Below are positions 37,005 through 49,589 of a stretch of 64,000 nt of DNA, in pieces. The notes beneath the pieces were generated by a model that was not told the DNA's origin, ran no database searches, and saw nothing but the letters and a program-made list of their open reading frames with translations. The translations under genes and the position numbers were made by a program. The DNA comes from Malacoraja senta (lineage: Eukaryota). Numbering within the stretch: the stretch's first letter is position 1; each line of letters begins with the position of its first letter. Where the stretch lies: contig CM075989.1 of assembly GCA_038087875.1 (NCBI GenBank), positions 1,116,001 to 1,180,000 of the forward strand. The letters are read 5' to 3'.

Positions 37005-37292
37005 GTCGGCACTATGGAGTAACAGTAGAGCTACTGCCTAACAGCACCAGGGACCCGGGTTCCATCCTGACGACGAGTGCTTCGCTGTAAGGAGTTTGTA
37101 TATTCTCCCCGTGACCTGTGTGGATTTTCTCCGGGATCTATAGTTTTCTTCCATACTCCAAAAATGTACGGTTAATTGGCTTGGTATGAATGTAAAATTC
37201 TCCCTAATGTGTGTAGCGTAGTGTCAGTCTGGACCCGTTGGGTCGAAAGGCCTGTTTCCGTGCTGTTTCTCTAAAACTAAAAACTAAAACTA
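37005..37292 (+). mobile_element. HE1-type V-SINE
   Basis: Same head, V-domain and tail. Confidence 0.82.
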
Positions 37293-37389
37293 TGTTCAAT
37301 GTTCTAACTGCCTGCAATTCTCTGAATGTGGTTTAAAACCACAGTCCCATAAATCTGCATTGTGACTTCAATTACATTTTTAAAGACTA

Positions 37390-37954
37390 CTAGACCAAGT
37401 GCAGACCCGTTGGGTCTGGACACTGAACGTGCTTCAGACCCCGGGGTTTTAGATCCCGAACGTGCGTCAGACCCCGGGGTGAAAATCGCTAGCGAACAAA
37501 ATCTCGAACATGCAGATCCCGGGGAGAAAATAGCTTGCGAATAAAACACAGAACATGCTTCAGACCCCGGGACACAGAACGTGCTTCAGACCCCGGGGTT
37601 TTAGAGCCTGAACGTGATTAAGATCCTGGGATGAAAATCGCTCGCGAAAAAAATATGGCGTCGTTTTCGGAGCAGAGGCGGTCGACAGCAGCCGTTATGG
37701 TGGCTGACCAGCAGGAGGAGACAAAATGAGTGAGTGGGGGGGGGGTGATGGATTTTATTTTAAAATGTGTACATAAATACGACGATATGTAATGAGGAGT
37801 GACTAATCGTAAAGAAAAATGAAATCTCTACCGAAATGGTAAAAAATATCGGCGTTTCTGCATGCGGTATTGGCGTAGCGCGGTATCAAAGGGGCTGGCT
37901 GCCACAAGTCAAGCAGGCAGCCAGCCAGCCACCACACACAGTTTTAATATTATA
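37390..37954 (-). mobile_element. Non-autonomous Helitron, same family, with internal tandem repeats
   Basis: Same ctagaccaagtgcagacccgttggg terminus with perfect cagaccc-gtt-gggtctg hairpin; repeats at 37420-37650; other end gttttaatattata resembles the 5' end of the first copy but lacks TC. Confidence 0.82.
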
Positions 37955-40100
37955 CTAGACCAAGTGCAGACCCGTTGGGTCTGGACACCGAACGTGCGTT
38001 TGCGGGTGGGGGGTTGCTGTGGCGTCACACTAACCACCCCCTTTCCTCCAAAGCACGGTTGCGGGGTGGGAAAATGGCAACCACAAACACACACACTCAT
38101 CACAACCCTTTTAATTTGCTTCTTTTATCCCATCTCCACCCTATCCACTGACGAATAGCCCTCACCTCTCAGGTGCGTCTAGAGGGGGGGGGGGGCAGAG
38201 AGATAAAATTTAATGTTAGAATTTAAAAAATTTGAAGAGGGGGAGGAGGAGGGTGGAGAGGGAGGGGGGAGAGGAAGGGGGAGGAAGGTGGGAGAAGAAG
38301 GGGGAGAGAGAGGAGGGTGTGGAGAGAGGAAGGTGAGGATGTGGGAGATAGGTGAAGGGGGGGTTTGAGCGGGTGTTCATGAGTTGAGCTGCGGGCTGTG
38401 AAGAGAGAAGGGCAGAGAGAGAGAGAGAGAGAGGGGAGAGACAGAGAGACTGGTACACCAAAGAAAGCTGGTGATACTCAGTGGGTGCAGCAGCATCTAT
38501 GGAGCGAAGGAAATAGGCAATGTTTGTAGCCAAAACCCATCTTCAGACGTGTTTTGTTATGAAACATTGCCTATTTCCTTCGATCCAAAGATGCTGCTGC
38601 ACCCGCTGAGTTTATACTTCATTTTTTTGTTTTCCTTGCGTTTGGGGGGGGGGGGGGCTGCGGCTGCGGCATCACACTCACACTAACCACCCCCCAAACA
38701 CACAGGCGGGGGGAGGGGGGGAGAGGGAGACGGGGTTGGGGAGAGAAGAGGGGAGGGAGGGGAGGGAGGGGAGATGGGGACGGAGGGGAGAGGGGGAGGA
38801 GGAAAGGGGAGAGATTGGGGAGGGAGAGGAGATCAGGGTGGGTGAGAGGGATTGGGAGGAGAGTGGGGAGTGGGAGGAGAGCGGGGAGGGCAGGAAAGGG
38901 GGAGAGGGGGGGAGGGGATGAGTGGAAGGGGAAAGGATTAGGGGAAGAGAGGGAGAGAGGGAGGGGGAGAGGTGGGGGAGCGGAGGGGAAGAGTGGGCAG
39001 TGAGGGGCAGAGGGGTAGCAGGGAGTGGTGCAAGAGAGGGGAAGGGGGTGGGGGGAGATGGGGATGAAGAGGGGTGGTGGAGGGGGAAGAGAGGGGAGGG
39101 TGTGGGAGGGGAGGGAGGGGGAGAGGAGTGAGGGGGAAGAGTGGGGAGGGAGAGTTGAAGTGGGAGGGTTAGGGACAGTCCATCTGTTACCCATTCCCTA
39201 TCACCCCCAATCCTCTTTCTCTATTCCCACACACGTGACGACGCCCTTCGACACAGGCTGCGGGGTTGGGGGGGAGGGGCTGGGGCTGTGGCTGCTGCAA
39301 AGGCATATGTAAACGGATCCATTCCGATTTGTCACACGTGTCACAGGGCGTCGCCACGTGTGTGGGGGGGATAGGGAATGGGGAAATTTCAAAATGTTAA
39401 ACAAACAGCTCTCAGCAATAGAATGTAAATGAAGGTTCCGTTTTGTGATGTCACAATGCCCAATGCTGCGGGGGTTGGGGGGGAGGGGCTGGGGCTGCTG
39501 CCAAGGCATATGTAAATGGATCCATTCCGATTGGACATCTGTGACCATTGTGCATTGTGACATCACACAACGGAATCTTTACTAACATTCTATGGCTGAG
39601 CTGTTTTTTAAAAATTTTGAAATGTTTGGTTTGGGGGGGGGAGAGGTATTTTATTTTAAAAAGTGTACATAAACACGACCAAATTTAATCAGGAGTGTCT
39701 CTTCGTAAAGATAAATCTTTAGAAATGGTAACAAATATCGGCGTTTCCACGTGCTGCGTGGGCATAGGGCGGTATCAAAGGGGCTGCGTGGCACAAGTCA
39801 AGCAGGACGTTGGACGTACAGACGGATGGGTGTGGGTGTGGGTGTGGGGGGGTGGGGGTGGGGTTGGGGGTGGGTGTGGGTGTGGGTGGGTGTGGGTGTG
39901 GGGGGGTGGGGGTGGGGGTGGGTGGGGGTGGGTGGGTGTGGGGGTGGGTGGGGTGGGTGGGTGTGGGTGTGGGTGGGTGTGGGTGTGGGGGGGTGGGGGT
40001 GGGGGTGGGTGGGGGTGGGTGGGTGTGGGGGTGGGTGGGGTGGGTGGGTGTGGGTGTGGGTGGGTGTGGGTGTGTGTGGGTGTGGGTTTGTGGGTGTGTG
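37955..40100 (-). mobile_element. Non-autonomous Helitron, same family, abutting the previous copy; 5' end not visible
   Basis: Same CTAG/hairpin terminus; 39645-39810 is homologous to 37750-37920; cattgtgacatcac motif shared with copy 1; polypurine and (GGGT)n tracts. Confidence 0.75.
39826..40100. repeat. (GGGT/GT)n low-complexity tract with internal higher-order repetition
   Basis: Direct reading; lies where the other Helitron copies carry a (CA)n-type microsatellite. Confidence 0.9.
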
Positions 40101-40102
40101 GG

Positions 40103-40917
40103 AAAAGGGGAAAGCAGGCGAGCCACGTAACACAAACTACACGGGACACTTATTACCAAGAGGATCTTGTTAGACGTAGGGAGGCGTGTCCTGTACGGGC
40201 TGCTCCTCCACACTCTGCACTTCCTCACCCTGGTTCACCGTCCGGACACTAAATGGCAGTGGGTTTGCATTTCGGTTGTGAGGGTTCCTCTATGGAGGGA
40301 TTCTCCCCCTCTACATCGGGGACCTGGGGTGGTGGGTATTGCACTGAGGAGTCCTTTGCAACCTGTTTCTCTCGCGGTTCACGGACTCGCCAGCCGCTTG
40401 CCACTGTTGCGGCTGGAAGAGTCTGTGTACCACGTGTATATGGAGTGTGTGAGGTTGCAGCACCGTTCCAATATCTAAAGGGGCTGTTCCTTGCCTTCTG
40501 GCTGTACTTTTCACCCACCATCCTCATCTTTGTACACCCTGTGTGTATGGGAGAGGGTAGGGCCAAAGATGTCCTGGTAGGGTTGCTCCTGGGCCTGGCC
40601 AAGCTGGCCATCCACGAGTCATGGTACCAGGCGGAAGAGGGCTCTGCCCGAGCTGGCGGCCTGGCCCTTTTCCGGGGTTACATCTGTGCCCGGGTGGTTT
40701 TGGAAAGGGACTTCATGGGGGATTTCCAGGACCGTTGGGCACCGCGTGGGGTGGAAGCCATCTTGGATGGGGATTGTAATATAGTTGTACAGTAGTTCAT
40801 TTAGTATATTTGTTTGGCTTGTATTACGGTGGTGGGTTTTGTTTGATTTTATATTGTACTGTAAATATCATTTTTAATAATTGATTAAATTATTTTTGGT
40901 TAAAAAAAGGGAAAAAA
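40103..40917 (+). mobile_element. Tx1-clade LINE 3' fragment
   Basis: EESVYHVYMECVRLQ..FSPTILIF..LLLGLAKLAIHES; A-rich end; possible TSD aaaaggg(g)aaa. Confidence 0.8.
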
Positions 40918-41044
40918 AGATTAAAAGGTTGCTGTGAAAAAAGGAATAATTTCCTTTCTATTCAACTCCCTCTACCCAGTTCATTAAGACTGCCATTCAC
41001 TAGGTTTATACACCCCTGCATGTTGAGCCAGGATTGATCATTTA

Positions 41045-41940
41045 AAAAAATGTAAATACATTTTATTTAGAATAAAAAAATATACAAAACAAGAACTGTG
41101 CAAAGATTCTTCCGACTTTCTCATCGGCTTTCCATGCATTCACTAGCATCGCATTTGGTTGTATTCACAGGAATATTACACCTGGCTCCATTGTCATTCA
41201 TGTGCTCCCTGGGGTGATATCCCTCCCCTCATTTGTGGGGCGTCTTTACCACACTCTGCCTCTCAATGTCCAGCAGCTGAAGGACCCTAGACTGTGGTCC
41301 TCCCGCACAGAGCCTTGGTGTTGGCTGTGCTGAGCTTCAGTGCGTCCCTCAGCATGCACTCCTGCAGTCTGCAGCGGGCCAGTCGGCAACATTCCCCGAT
41401 GGACATCTCGCTCTGCTGGGAGGGCAACGTTCTGGGCAGACCAAAGAGCATCTTTCATTAAGTTGATGACGTTCCAGCAGCACTAGACGCCCATCTCCGA
41501 ATATGTGCCTGAGACCAGTGCTCTGTTTCAGAGCTGTTGGAATAAACAGTTACAAGGACCCAAGCAAAATTCTCCAGACCCTCTCTGCAAATCCACACTC
41601 TGTGAAGAGGTTGGCAACTGTCTCCTCTCCATAGCAGCCATCCCGAGGGCAACTGAGTCCCAACGGTGCAGAAGGATCTGACTGGGAGGTCTCCCCTCAC
41701 TGCCAGCCAAGCTGGCTGCTTGTTGGTGACTTCTGAGGATGAGGCATTTCACCAGACAAGCTGGGCAGTGTGTGCTCTGGGAACCACGCCACAGGATCCA
41801 TGGAGTCATTTACGTGCAGAGACTGCAGGATGTTCCATTCTGACCACTGATGTGATTGTTCTCCTCTCACCAGCCCTCTCAATGCATTCTTCTGTTATTA
41901 ACATTCCCCATCCTGTGGGTCAGTGTACGAGAACTAGCCG
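41045..41940 (-). mobile_element. Tx1-clade LINE 3' fragment (second family), degraded
   Basis: KDALWSA..CCRLA.CRLQE.MLRDALKL motif on the minus strand; tttatt polyA signal near 41062. Confidence 0.72.
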
Positions 41941-43319
41941 ATAATAAAGGCTGATGCACAACCTCATCAATTCCAAACCGCAGCACTAAGGTGAGAGCAG
42001 AGGGATTTCACAGGGACATCAGGGAGTGTCTTTTCATTAAGAGGGTAGTCCATATTTGGAACTAAGCTGTAGAAGCGGATTTAATAATGGTGTTTAAATC
42101 ACGTTTGGACTGATATTTGCATGGGAAGGGTTAAGAGGGCTTAGAGACAAAATGAAGCAAATGGGATATCCAAAGGACCAGCTTGGTTGGCATGGACAAA
42201 GTGGGGCACAGGGCCTGTATCTGTGCTGTACTCAATGACTTTATGAATCTGTTTTTATGTGAGTCTCCATCCACTGTTACAATTTCTACACATACTGATA
42301 GGCACCGTTATTCCTTCTGCCCTTGGCTGCAGTATAACCGGATCTGACATGCACATAATTTGTGTCTAATGATCCTGTACTCGCTGTATATTCTGGCTAA
42401 AATACCTGCCATTTGTTACACAGCGTTGCTGTAGTTTCTGTCGTACATACGGCTCCCTTTGTTCCTAAAGCAGACATTGCCGCTGATTAGCATGATGATG
42501 ATGTCATGATACTTAATTGTCACGCATAGTGAAATGCTTTGTTTTGCATTCAACCCGTTAGAATCAAGCATCAGACCCCACCTAGGCAGTACACAAGAGT
42601 TGCCACGTTTCTGGTGCCGAGAAAGTTACATAACGTTAATCAAACAGTTTTATCCCGCAGCAATGAATTGGGCCTGCTGCCACACCTTCCTCCTAAGCGA
42701 CCCCCCCTTTGGGTCCCACTCTCACTGTCCATGGCCCCCCCTCACTCTAGACGCTGCCCCCTCACTCTTCACTCTCCCCCTTACTCTCGCCGTTCCCCTG
42801 CGTTCTCGCCGTTTGCCCGCAGATCCCACCTCACTCTCAGCGTCGCTCGGGGCTGAGTTTGTAGCCCATGGTGGACAAGCCGGGCCAAAAGGACGGGTCC
42901 CCGTCCTCAGTGAGAGAGTCTTTGGTCCGTGGTGCGTGAGCTCGGCCCACCGGCGGGTCCTCCGTCCTCGGCCTGAAATAGTTAGCGACCTGAAATAGTG
43001 TCCAAACTATTGCCTGACTCAGATTTATAAATAAATCCTTTCTATTATCATAATGTACTTTGAGAATGAGTTTGAATCATATCTGATTAATACTGCTGTA
43101 AATTGTCTCTAATGTGTAGGTGTATGGGTTAGTGCGGACATGTTAGTCTGAAGGGCCCGTTTCCAGGTTATATCTCTAAACTAAACTAAAATATATGTCT
43201 GCACATTGACCTGAGGCAGAGTCTGTTCTTCCTAAAATAAAAAATAAAAATTTGATTCCATCTTTTTGGAACGTTACTGTTTGGAGTTGATTTTTGTTTG
43301 TCTGCCTGTTTTATTGCAG

Positions 43320-43383
43320 AATTCCCATGATATGAAAGGTACGCTCAGCATGTTGCAAATCCTGGATACACTGCTGTCAGCAG
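43320..43383 (+). CDS. AGBL1: AGBL1 coding exon 2 (NSHDMKGTLSMLQILDTLLSAG)
   Basis: Pyrimidine tract + ttgcag acceptor, 64 nt, G|gtgagt donor; similar to recalled [22 protein letters not shown]. Confidence 0.88.
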
Positions 43384-44027
43384 GTGAGTGTGGAAACAAC
43401 ATTCAGTCATAGTTCAGACACAGCGGGAAGGAATTGTAACTAGTGTGGTGTCGTAAACCAATCTTACTTGGTGATGTTGTCCTCATCCTCCTTCTTCCAG
43501 TTGAGATGGGAATTGGACACACATCTCGTGGTGGGATAGTGGCGCAGAGGTAGAGTTACTGCCTTACAGCACTACCGGGTTCAATCCTGACTACGCATTA
43601 AACCTCTTACGTACAGCGCCAGAGAGTAGGTCCGACTGAGAAAGAGCTGGGGTTGCAATATGCGTTGTTCATGGCCTGCCCAGGTCTGTGGGTCCCGTAA
43701 AGCCCCTCCATGTGACACCATGGAAATACAAACGGCCTTGCACTGAGCTGCAATGGGTACATAGGAATATCAGCACCAAACATGGAAGTGTGAGCATTGG
43801 CCACTCTGCATGTGTCTCGTGTTAACATTTTAAAATGTACGTCACCCTACACTGGCCGTAATTGGAAATACATTACACCCACTTAATATTACACCTGTTA
43901 CTGGACAAACACCTTGAATCCTTGCCTTATTACTCAAAGTAAACTAGAACTTGAACACAGTATAATTACCACAAATAATTTGTGCCACAATTTTAGGTGT
44001 AAAATTAATTTCAACACCTTCTATGTA

Positions 44028-44345
44028 GTTTAGTTTGGTTTAGTTTAGTTTAGAGATAGAGCGCAGAAACATGCCCTTCCTCCCACTGAGTCTGCACCGA
44101 CCTGCGATCCCGGCACACGAACACTCCCCTACACACATAAGGGCCAATTTACAATTATACCAAGCCAATTAACCGACAAACCTGTACATCTTTGGAGTGT
44201 GGGAGGAAACCATTGAAACCTATGCGGTAACGGGGAGAACGTACAAACTCCACACAGACAGCATCCGTAGTCGGGATCAAACAAGGGTCTCCGGTGCAGC
44301 AAGAGCTATAAGGCAGTAACTCTATGTCTGCGCCACTGTGCCGCC
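44028..44345 (-). mobile_element. HE1-type V-SINE
   Basis: Reverse complement of the family; (GTTTA)n tail. Confidence 0.85.
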
Positions 44346-45119
44346 CTACTGGGATGTACTTGGAGAATGTGTGTTTTCCTGACCAGACAGTAGTTGCCTC
44401 CCATTGTATCATCTCTGATGTGATTACCAGTCGATGGAAGAGTCGACCATATCACTGTGTACACTGAGTCATGTACAGGTCAGGCCAAGTAAAAATGGAG
44501 CTTCTCTTCTCTGAAGGATACAAGGAAACAAAGAATACTGTTACAATCCAGTCATTTCATATTCATCATTATTTTTTGATCATAAATTTATTCAACTCGG
44601 TGTTAATGTAAACGTAGCTGACAGTAAGGGAAGATATTTTCAATTTTCTGTGTTTTTGCATTCTTTGTGTAGATTATGAAAATGTTAATTACTTCACATA
44701 ACATGTCATTCTATGGGCCATACTGAGAGATGTGGTGGGGTGTTTTGAAAATTATTTTGCAGGCCACAAATGTTTAAAATGAAGCCATCTTTCTCCGGTC
44801 CATATTGACGTCTGGCTTGCCATACGACACATTGTTCTCTGGCACCTTAACTGAGGATTGACCTGTGTAATGAGCAGGATGTTTTCCCTTTCCTGTCTGG
44901 GTCAGAGGGCATCCTTTACTGAGTGTTTTATTACCAACTATTATCAGGAGTGAAGAAATGAACAAGTAATGGAGATGTTTGGTTCACCATGCCTCTGCAA
45001 TCTCGTTGACATATGTAGTTATGCCATCAATCACACTCCCTTATTTTTCTACACACACCCTTCCAATTATTCACTTTGGAAAATTGCAATTGAACCTTTC
45101 ACTGGTCGACCCTCATATG

Positions 45120-45385
45120 GGTGGATGGTGCAGTGATAGAGTTGTTGCCTTACAGCGCCGGGTTTGATCCTGACTACGGGTGCTGTCTGTGCGGAGTTTG
45201 TACGTTCTCCCTGCCATCTCATGGGTTTCCTCCCACACTCCTGACGTACAGGTTTGTATGTTAATCGGCTATTGGAAATTGTCCCTAGTGTGTAGGAAAG
45301 TGCTAGTGTATGCGGTGATCGCTAGTCGGCATGGACTCAGTAAACTGAAGGGCCTGTTTCCACGATGTATCTCTAAGTCTAAAGA
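45120..45385 (+). mobile_element. HE1-type V-SINE
   Basis: Same head, V-domain and tail. Confidence 0.85.
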
Positions 45386-46362
45386 TCGAGGCCTCACTCC
45401 TCAGTACAGACTGTAGGATTACTTGATTCGGTTTTCACATAGAAAAGCACAAATGTTCTCCCTTTGAACATTTACTTATTTCCAATATTGGTTGGCACAA
45501 AATTTGTGTAATTCTTTGCAAATCAGGAATGAATATCCAGAATATATATAATTAATCAAATGTATTGATGGTATTTAGTAGTTTCTAGCACACTTGTATA
45601 ATTGTGATATACATCCTTTATTTTCAGAAACAAATGTGTGCTTAATACTTGAGTCAAAGATTCACATGGCTACTGGCTCACACATCACAGACATTTTATC
45701 AGGATTATTGATGAAAAAATGTAATTTGGTCCACTAGCTTTATGGTCAATTTTCCTTTTCCTGATTCTAAAACATAGCCAGGAGACAAGAGGTCTTCATT
45801 TCTTTGAATGTGACCTCTTAACATAGAATGTAGAACAGTTCAGCACAGGAACAGGTTTTTGGCCCATAATGTCTGTGCGACACTTGAATGTTGTGATAAA
45901 CTAACCTCATCTGCCTGCATATGATCTATACCCCTCCATTCTCTGCATATCCATACGCCCGTCTAAAACCCTCTTAAACACCACTGTTTCCACCAACACC
46001 ATTGGCAACACATTCCAGCCACTCAGCACCTTGCATGAACAAAACTAGCCCCCCACATCTCCTTTAAAGTTCCCCCTTTCACCTTAAATCGATGTCCTCT
46101 AGCCTTTGGTATTTCCACCCTGGGAAATAGGTTCTGACTATCTTGCTCAATTCTATCATGCACTTGCTCAGCTCACATATCCCACAGTTTGTGTCTCTAC
46201 ACCAGCCTTCCAATTGCTTAGCTCTGTAATTTCATCTCTGTCCTACTGGAGGCGTTCTTTAAAATCTTCTTCAGTGTTGACCAAGTTCATTCTAACCCAG
46301 TGTGTAATTACAGCTGTGTAATACGGATGCTGACTGGGGCTGCCTTTCTTTACATTGCTCAG

Positions 46363-46509
46363 GTACAGTCAAACGGGTCAGTTACCTGATCACGAAGGGT
46401 GGCAGCGAGGCGTTGCTACACACGCTGGTGAACGTGACACAAGTACTTCCACTGGATTATGACGTCATCTTGCCTTTAATGTACTTAATCGTCAAAGTTG
46501 GACAAAGAG
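46363..46509 (+). CDS. AGBL1: AGBL1 coding exon 3 (TVKRVSYLITKGGSEALLHTLVNVTQVLPLDYDVILPLMYLIVKVGQR)
   Basis: ctcag acceptor, 147 nt, phase 1-1, G|gtaagg donor; KGGSEALL..DYD.LLPL..KVG motif of AGBL1. Confidence 0.93.
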
Positions 46510-46549
46510 GTAAGGAACAGCAGTCACCGTTGTATCTGAAGCTTGGGTA

Positions 46550-46941
46550 CAGCTCCACCACTGATTATCCAACACCCTTGGTTCCAGAGGCTTTCTGGAT
46601 TATACATTTTGCCGGACCAACAGAGGTCATGGCCTCTGAATGGGGTCCAATGGTACCAGAACGTTCCGCCTAGGCCGCCGAGAGACCGAGATACCGGCCC
46701 GCAAAGTCGGCATCGGAAGTTGGCTATGGAAACGGATCTGCGGACTCTGGCTGTGCCGGAATTCCAGAGCCCCGGCAAATTCAACCCCACTGCTTGGTGC
46801 AGAAGTCCTGCTGAGTTAGAGATCGGCCGCCTCACCTGGCCTAGGTGCCACATTTTCGGGGGGGACTTCCAGAGGAAAATGTGAGTGCGCTCTTGCAATT
46901 TTGTCCGGATTAAAGTTGCCTCAAAATCGGTGGTGGAACTG
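46550..46941. mobile_element. Tc1/mariner (Tigger/pogo-like) MITE, 40 nt downstream of AGBL1 exon 3
   Basis: TIRs cagctccaccactgatt / aatcggtggtggaactg; TA on the left, AA on the right. Confidence 0.65.
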
Positions 46942-47865
46942 AACTGTGAACAATGACGAATAACAGGACAAAAGGAAATGTCTATGAAATTGCTGGGTGA
47001 AGTTTCAACAAACCAACAAATTGGCCCATTTGCACACAATCTGATCCATCCCAAAGATACACTGACTTATGGTGGCAAATATTGTACAAAGTTAATTTGT
47101 GAGTTAATTTGGAAAATACTATTTCATTATTCTTCACACGTTCAGGGCTTTGAAAAGAGACCTGGATTGAGGGAAGTAATTGGCAGAGCTACTCTGAAAG
47201 TGCAGGGCAATGGGACACATTGGTTGTCATGAAGGAAGATAGCACAGACTGAATGGACCGAGCGGCCTCCTCCAGTGTTATAATAATACCACAATGGCCA
47301 CGAAGGCACAAACAGAGATCGTTTCACTTGGGGCCAGAATAAACAAAGGTGCCGTCTTAAGAGGGAACCAAACCTTTGGTTTTGTATCGAGCAGATCAAA
47401 CGGCAAAGCATCGAACATGATTCTGATCAAAGGAAGTGACAATGGGGCCAAGGATACAACTGGTAGGAAGTTTGTAACTGATCATGGCGCACATTTTCTA
47501 ATATTCCTTTTAAAAATAGATATAAAGGGGAATCAAGATATAGGAAGGAAAAGTGGCTCTTGGGTCAAAACTCAGCCATGATCAGACTGAAAGACAGGGC
47601 AGTCTACACGGGACTTTGTATTGAAAGCAAGTCGAAGTAAAAAGAGCTTCCAGATCAATGGCCTGTGAGTGGAAATGTGGAGAAAATCATCACAGGCCGC
47701 TGAACTGAAATTATTTCTTACAGTGGATTGATGCTGCAAGGTTGTCAGAGGCCAGAGTGCAGCCACACTGGGACTATAACTCATCACCATTCAACAGGGA
47801 ATGCAAACACAATGTGTTCTCATGGAATTTGTACTGTATTAGAAAAAACTGATATGTTGTTGCAG

Positions 47866-47997
47866 ATAAGAGGTTTGGACAAAAAGCTCAAGAAATTGGA
47901 GCCTTAAGTGAGATCCTGAACTTAACGAAGTGTAGTCTACCCCAAGCCAAGTACGTCACTCCCTGTTTGTGGGCCATCAAGATCTGTGCCTCTAGTG
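47866..47997 (+). CDS. AGBL1: AGBL1 coding exon 4 (DKRFGQKAQEIGALSEILNLTKCSLPQAKYVTPCLWAIKICASS)
   Basis: ttgcag acceptor, 132 nt, phase 1-1, G|gtaagt donor; DK..G.KA.E..AL and CLWA...ASS motifs. Confidence 0.92.
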
Positions 47998-48361
47998 GTA
48001 AGTAGCACTCAGAATAAAAACTCCATGTGAGATGTTTGAATGTTGACTGCAGCTACGAGGGCTATGTTAGCACAGTGAATATGTTAGAACATAGAATAAA
48101 GAACAGAACAGCACAGGGACAGGCCGTTTGGCCCACAATATCTGTGCTAACATGATGCCAAGTTAAACTAATCTCCTCTGTCTGCACATGATCCATGTCT
48201 CTCTATACCCTGCATATCCGTATGCCTGTCTAAAACCTTAAATGCCACTATCTGCCTTCACCACCACTCCAGGCTCCATAAGGTCACCACTCTTTGTGTA
48301 AAATACTTGACCTGCATATCTCCTTTAAACTATGCCCTTTTCACCTTAAAGCTATGCCTTC

Positions 48362-48625
48362 TAGTTTAGTTTAGTTTAGAGATATAGCATGGAAACTACC
48401 CACCGAGTCCACACCGACCATTGATCATCAATTCACAGTAGTTCTATGTTATCCCACTTTCTCATCCACTCCTTACGCATAGAGGGCAATTTCATAGTAA
48501 CCTACACATCTTTAGGACGTGAGAGGAAATCAGAGCATCGGGAAGAAACCTATGTGCAAACTCCACACGGACAGCACTGAGGTCAGCATCAACCCTGGGA
48601 CTCTGACCCTGTGAGACAGCAGTTA
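48362..48625 (-). mobile_element. HE1-type V-SINE nested in a HER1 fragment (48085-48850)
   Basis: (GTTTA)n tail and reverse-complement body. Confidence 0.75.
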
Positions 48626-48856
48626 GACTTTGACATTTCCAGCCTGGGAAAAAGGCTCTGATTGTCTATCCTATCTATGTCTCATAATTTTATATACTTC
48701 TATCAGGTCTCCCCTCATCCCTCCATCGTTCAAGAGAAAACAATCCAATACAAATGTATCCAATCTCTCCTCATTATCAAACATGCCCCAAACCAGGCAG
48801 CATTCTGGTAAAACCTGCACCCTCTCCATAGCCTCCACATCCTTTCTGTCACAGAT

Positions 48857-49488
48857 TGTTGGAGGGAATGTTATGTTTAACCTGTATCTGGCTTCACGTG
48901 GGGTCCAGTTGCCCTCTTAATTAAGGATCAGATAGGGACAGACACAGAGAACATCTCCCAGAGCAGTGGTGAGTTTCTCAAACTACTCAATTTATTCAGG
49001 GCCTTAACAATGCACACTGAAGACCCCTGTGAGAGAACCCAAAGTGTTTCAAAGATTCACAGCACCCACAGCATTTTTATATTCTCACGACACAATATTA
49101 CACGTGCCTTTTACATTTTTGAAATAATTCATCATTCATCAAAATCTCTGTAGCCTTTCACCAGAGATTTTCCCCAGAGTTATATTTAACCCTCTGTCCT
49201 CAAAACCACTCTCCTATTTGTCTTACAAATGGATGCAATAAAAGACACTATTTCCTGATCAGTTTTATTGCCTTTAGCTTAGTTTACAACCCCCATGTGT
49301 ATTTTAACTCAGTCTAGGTTTGCTGTGGAATCTAAATACCATGATAAATCTATTTATTGCTTCTCTTAACATCCTTTAGTTTCCTTTCCTATGTTAGCAT
49401 TTTCCATCATGATTCCCCAGTATGTAAACTCTTGGGTTAAAATATTACAAACTACTAATCTTTCTTATCATTTTCAGAATTTCCTACA
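48857..49488 (-). mobile_element. Candidate solo LTR inside a HER1 fragment
   Basis: TGTTGGA..TCCTACA ends; minus-strand TATAAAAA (~49075) upstream of AATAAA (~48992); no convincing TSD. Confidence 0.45.
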
Positions 49489-49589
49489 TCACACAGTAAT
49501 CAGATTTAGGCAATTCTCCAACTGCAGCTGATCCAAGGTCTTACAGAGCTGCAATGTAACTTCCTGATGTTATTGAAGCAATACTGAAA

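Noticed and set aside
37420..37650. Repeated gaacgtgcttcagaccccgggg units resembling a CRISPR array
   Set aside because: Degenerate tandem units without unique spacers, inside a Helitron in eukaryotic DNA, with no cas genes
38619..40252. Pro/His/Thr- and Gly/Val/Trp-rich ORFs
   Set aside because: Translations of G-rich low-complexity and (GGGT)n tracts
46524..47054. 176-aa minus-strand ORF next to exon 3
   Set aside because: Mostly spans the MITE; no recognisable domain
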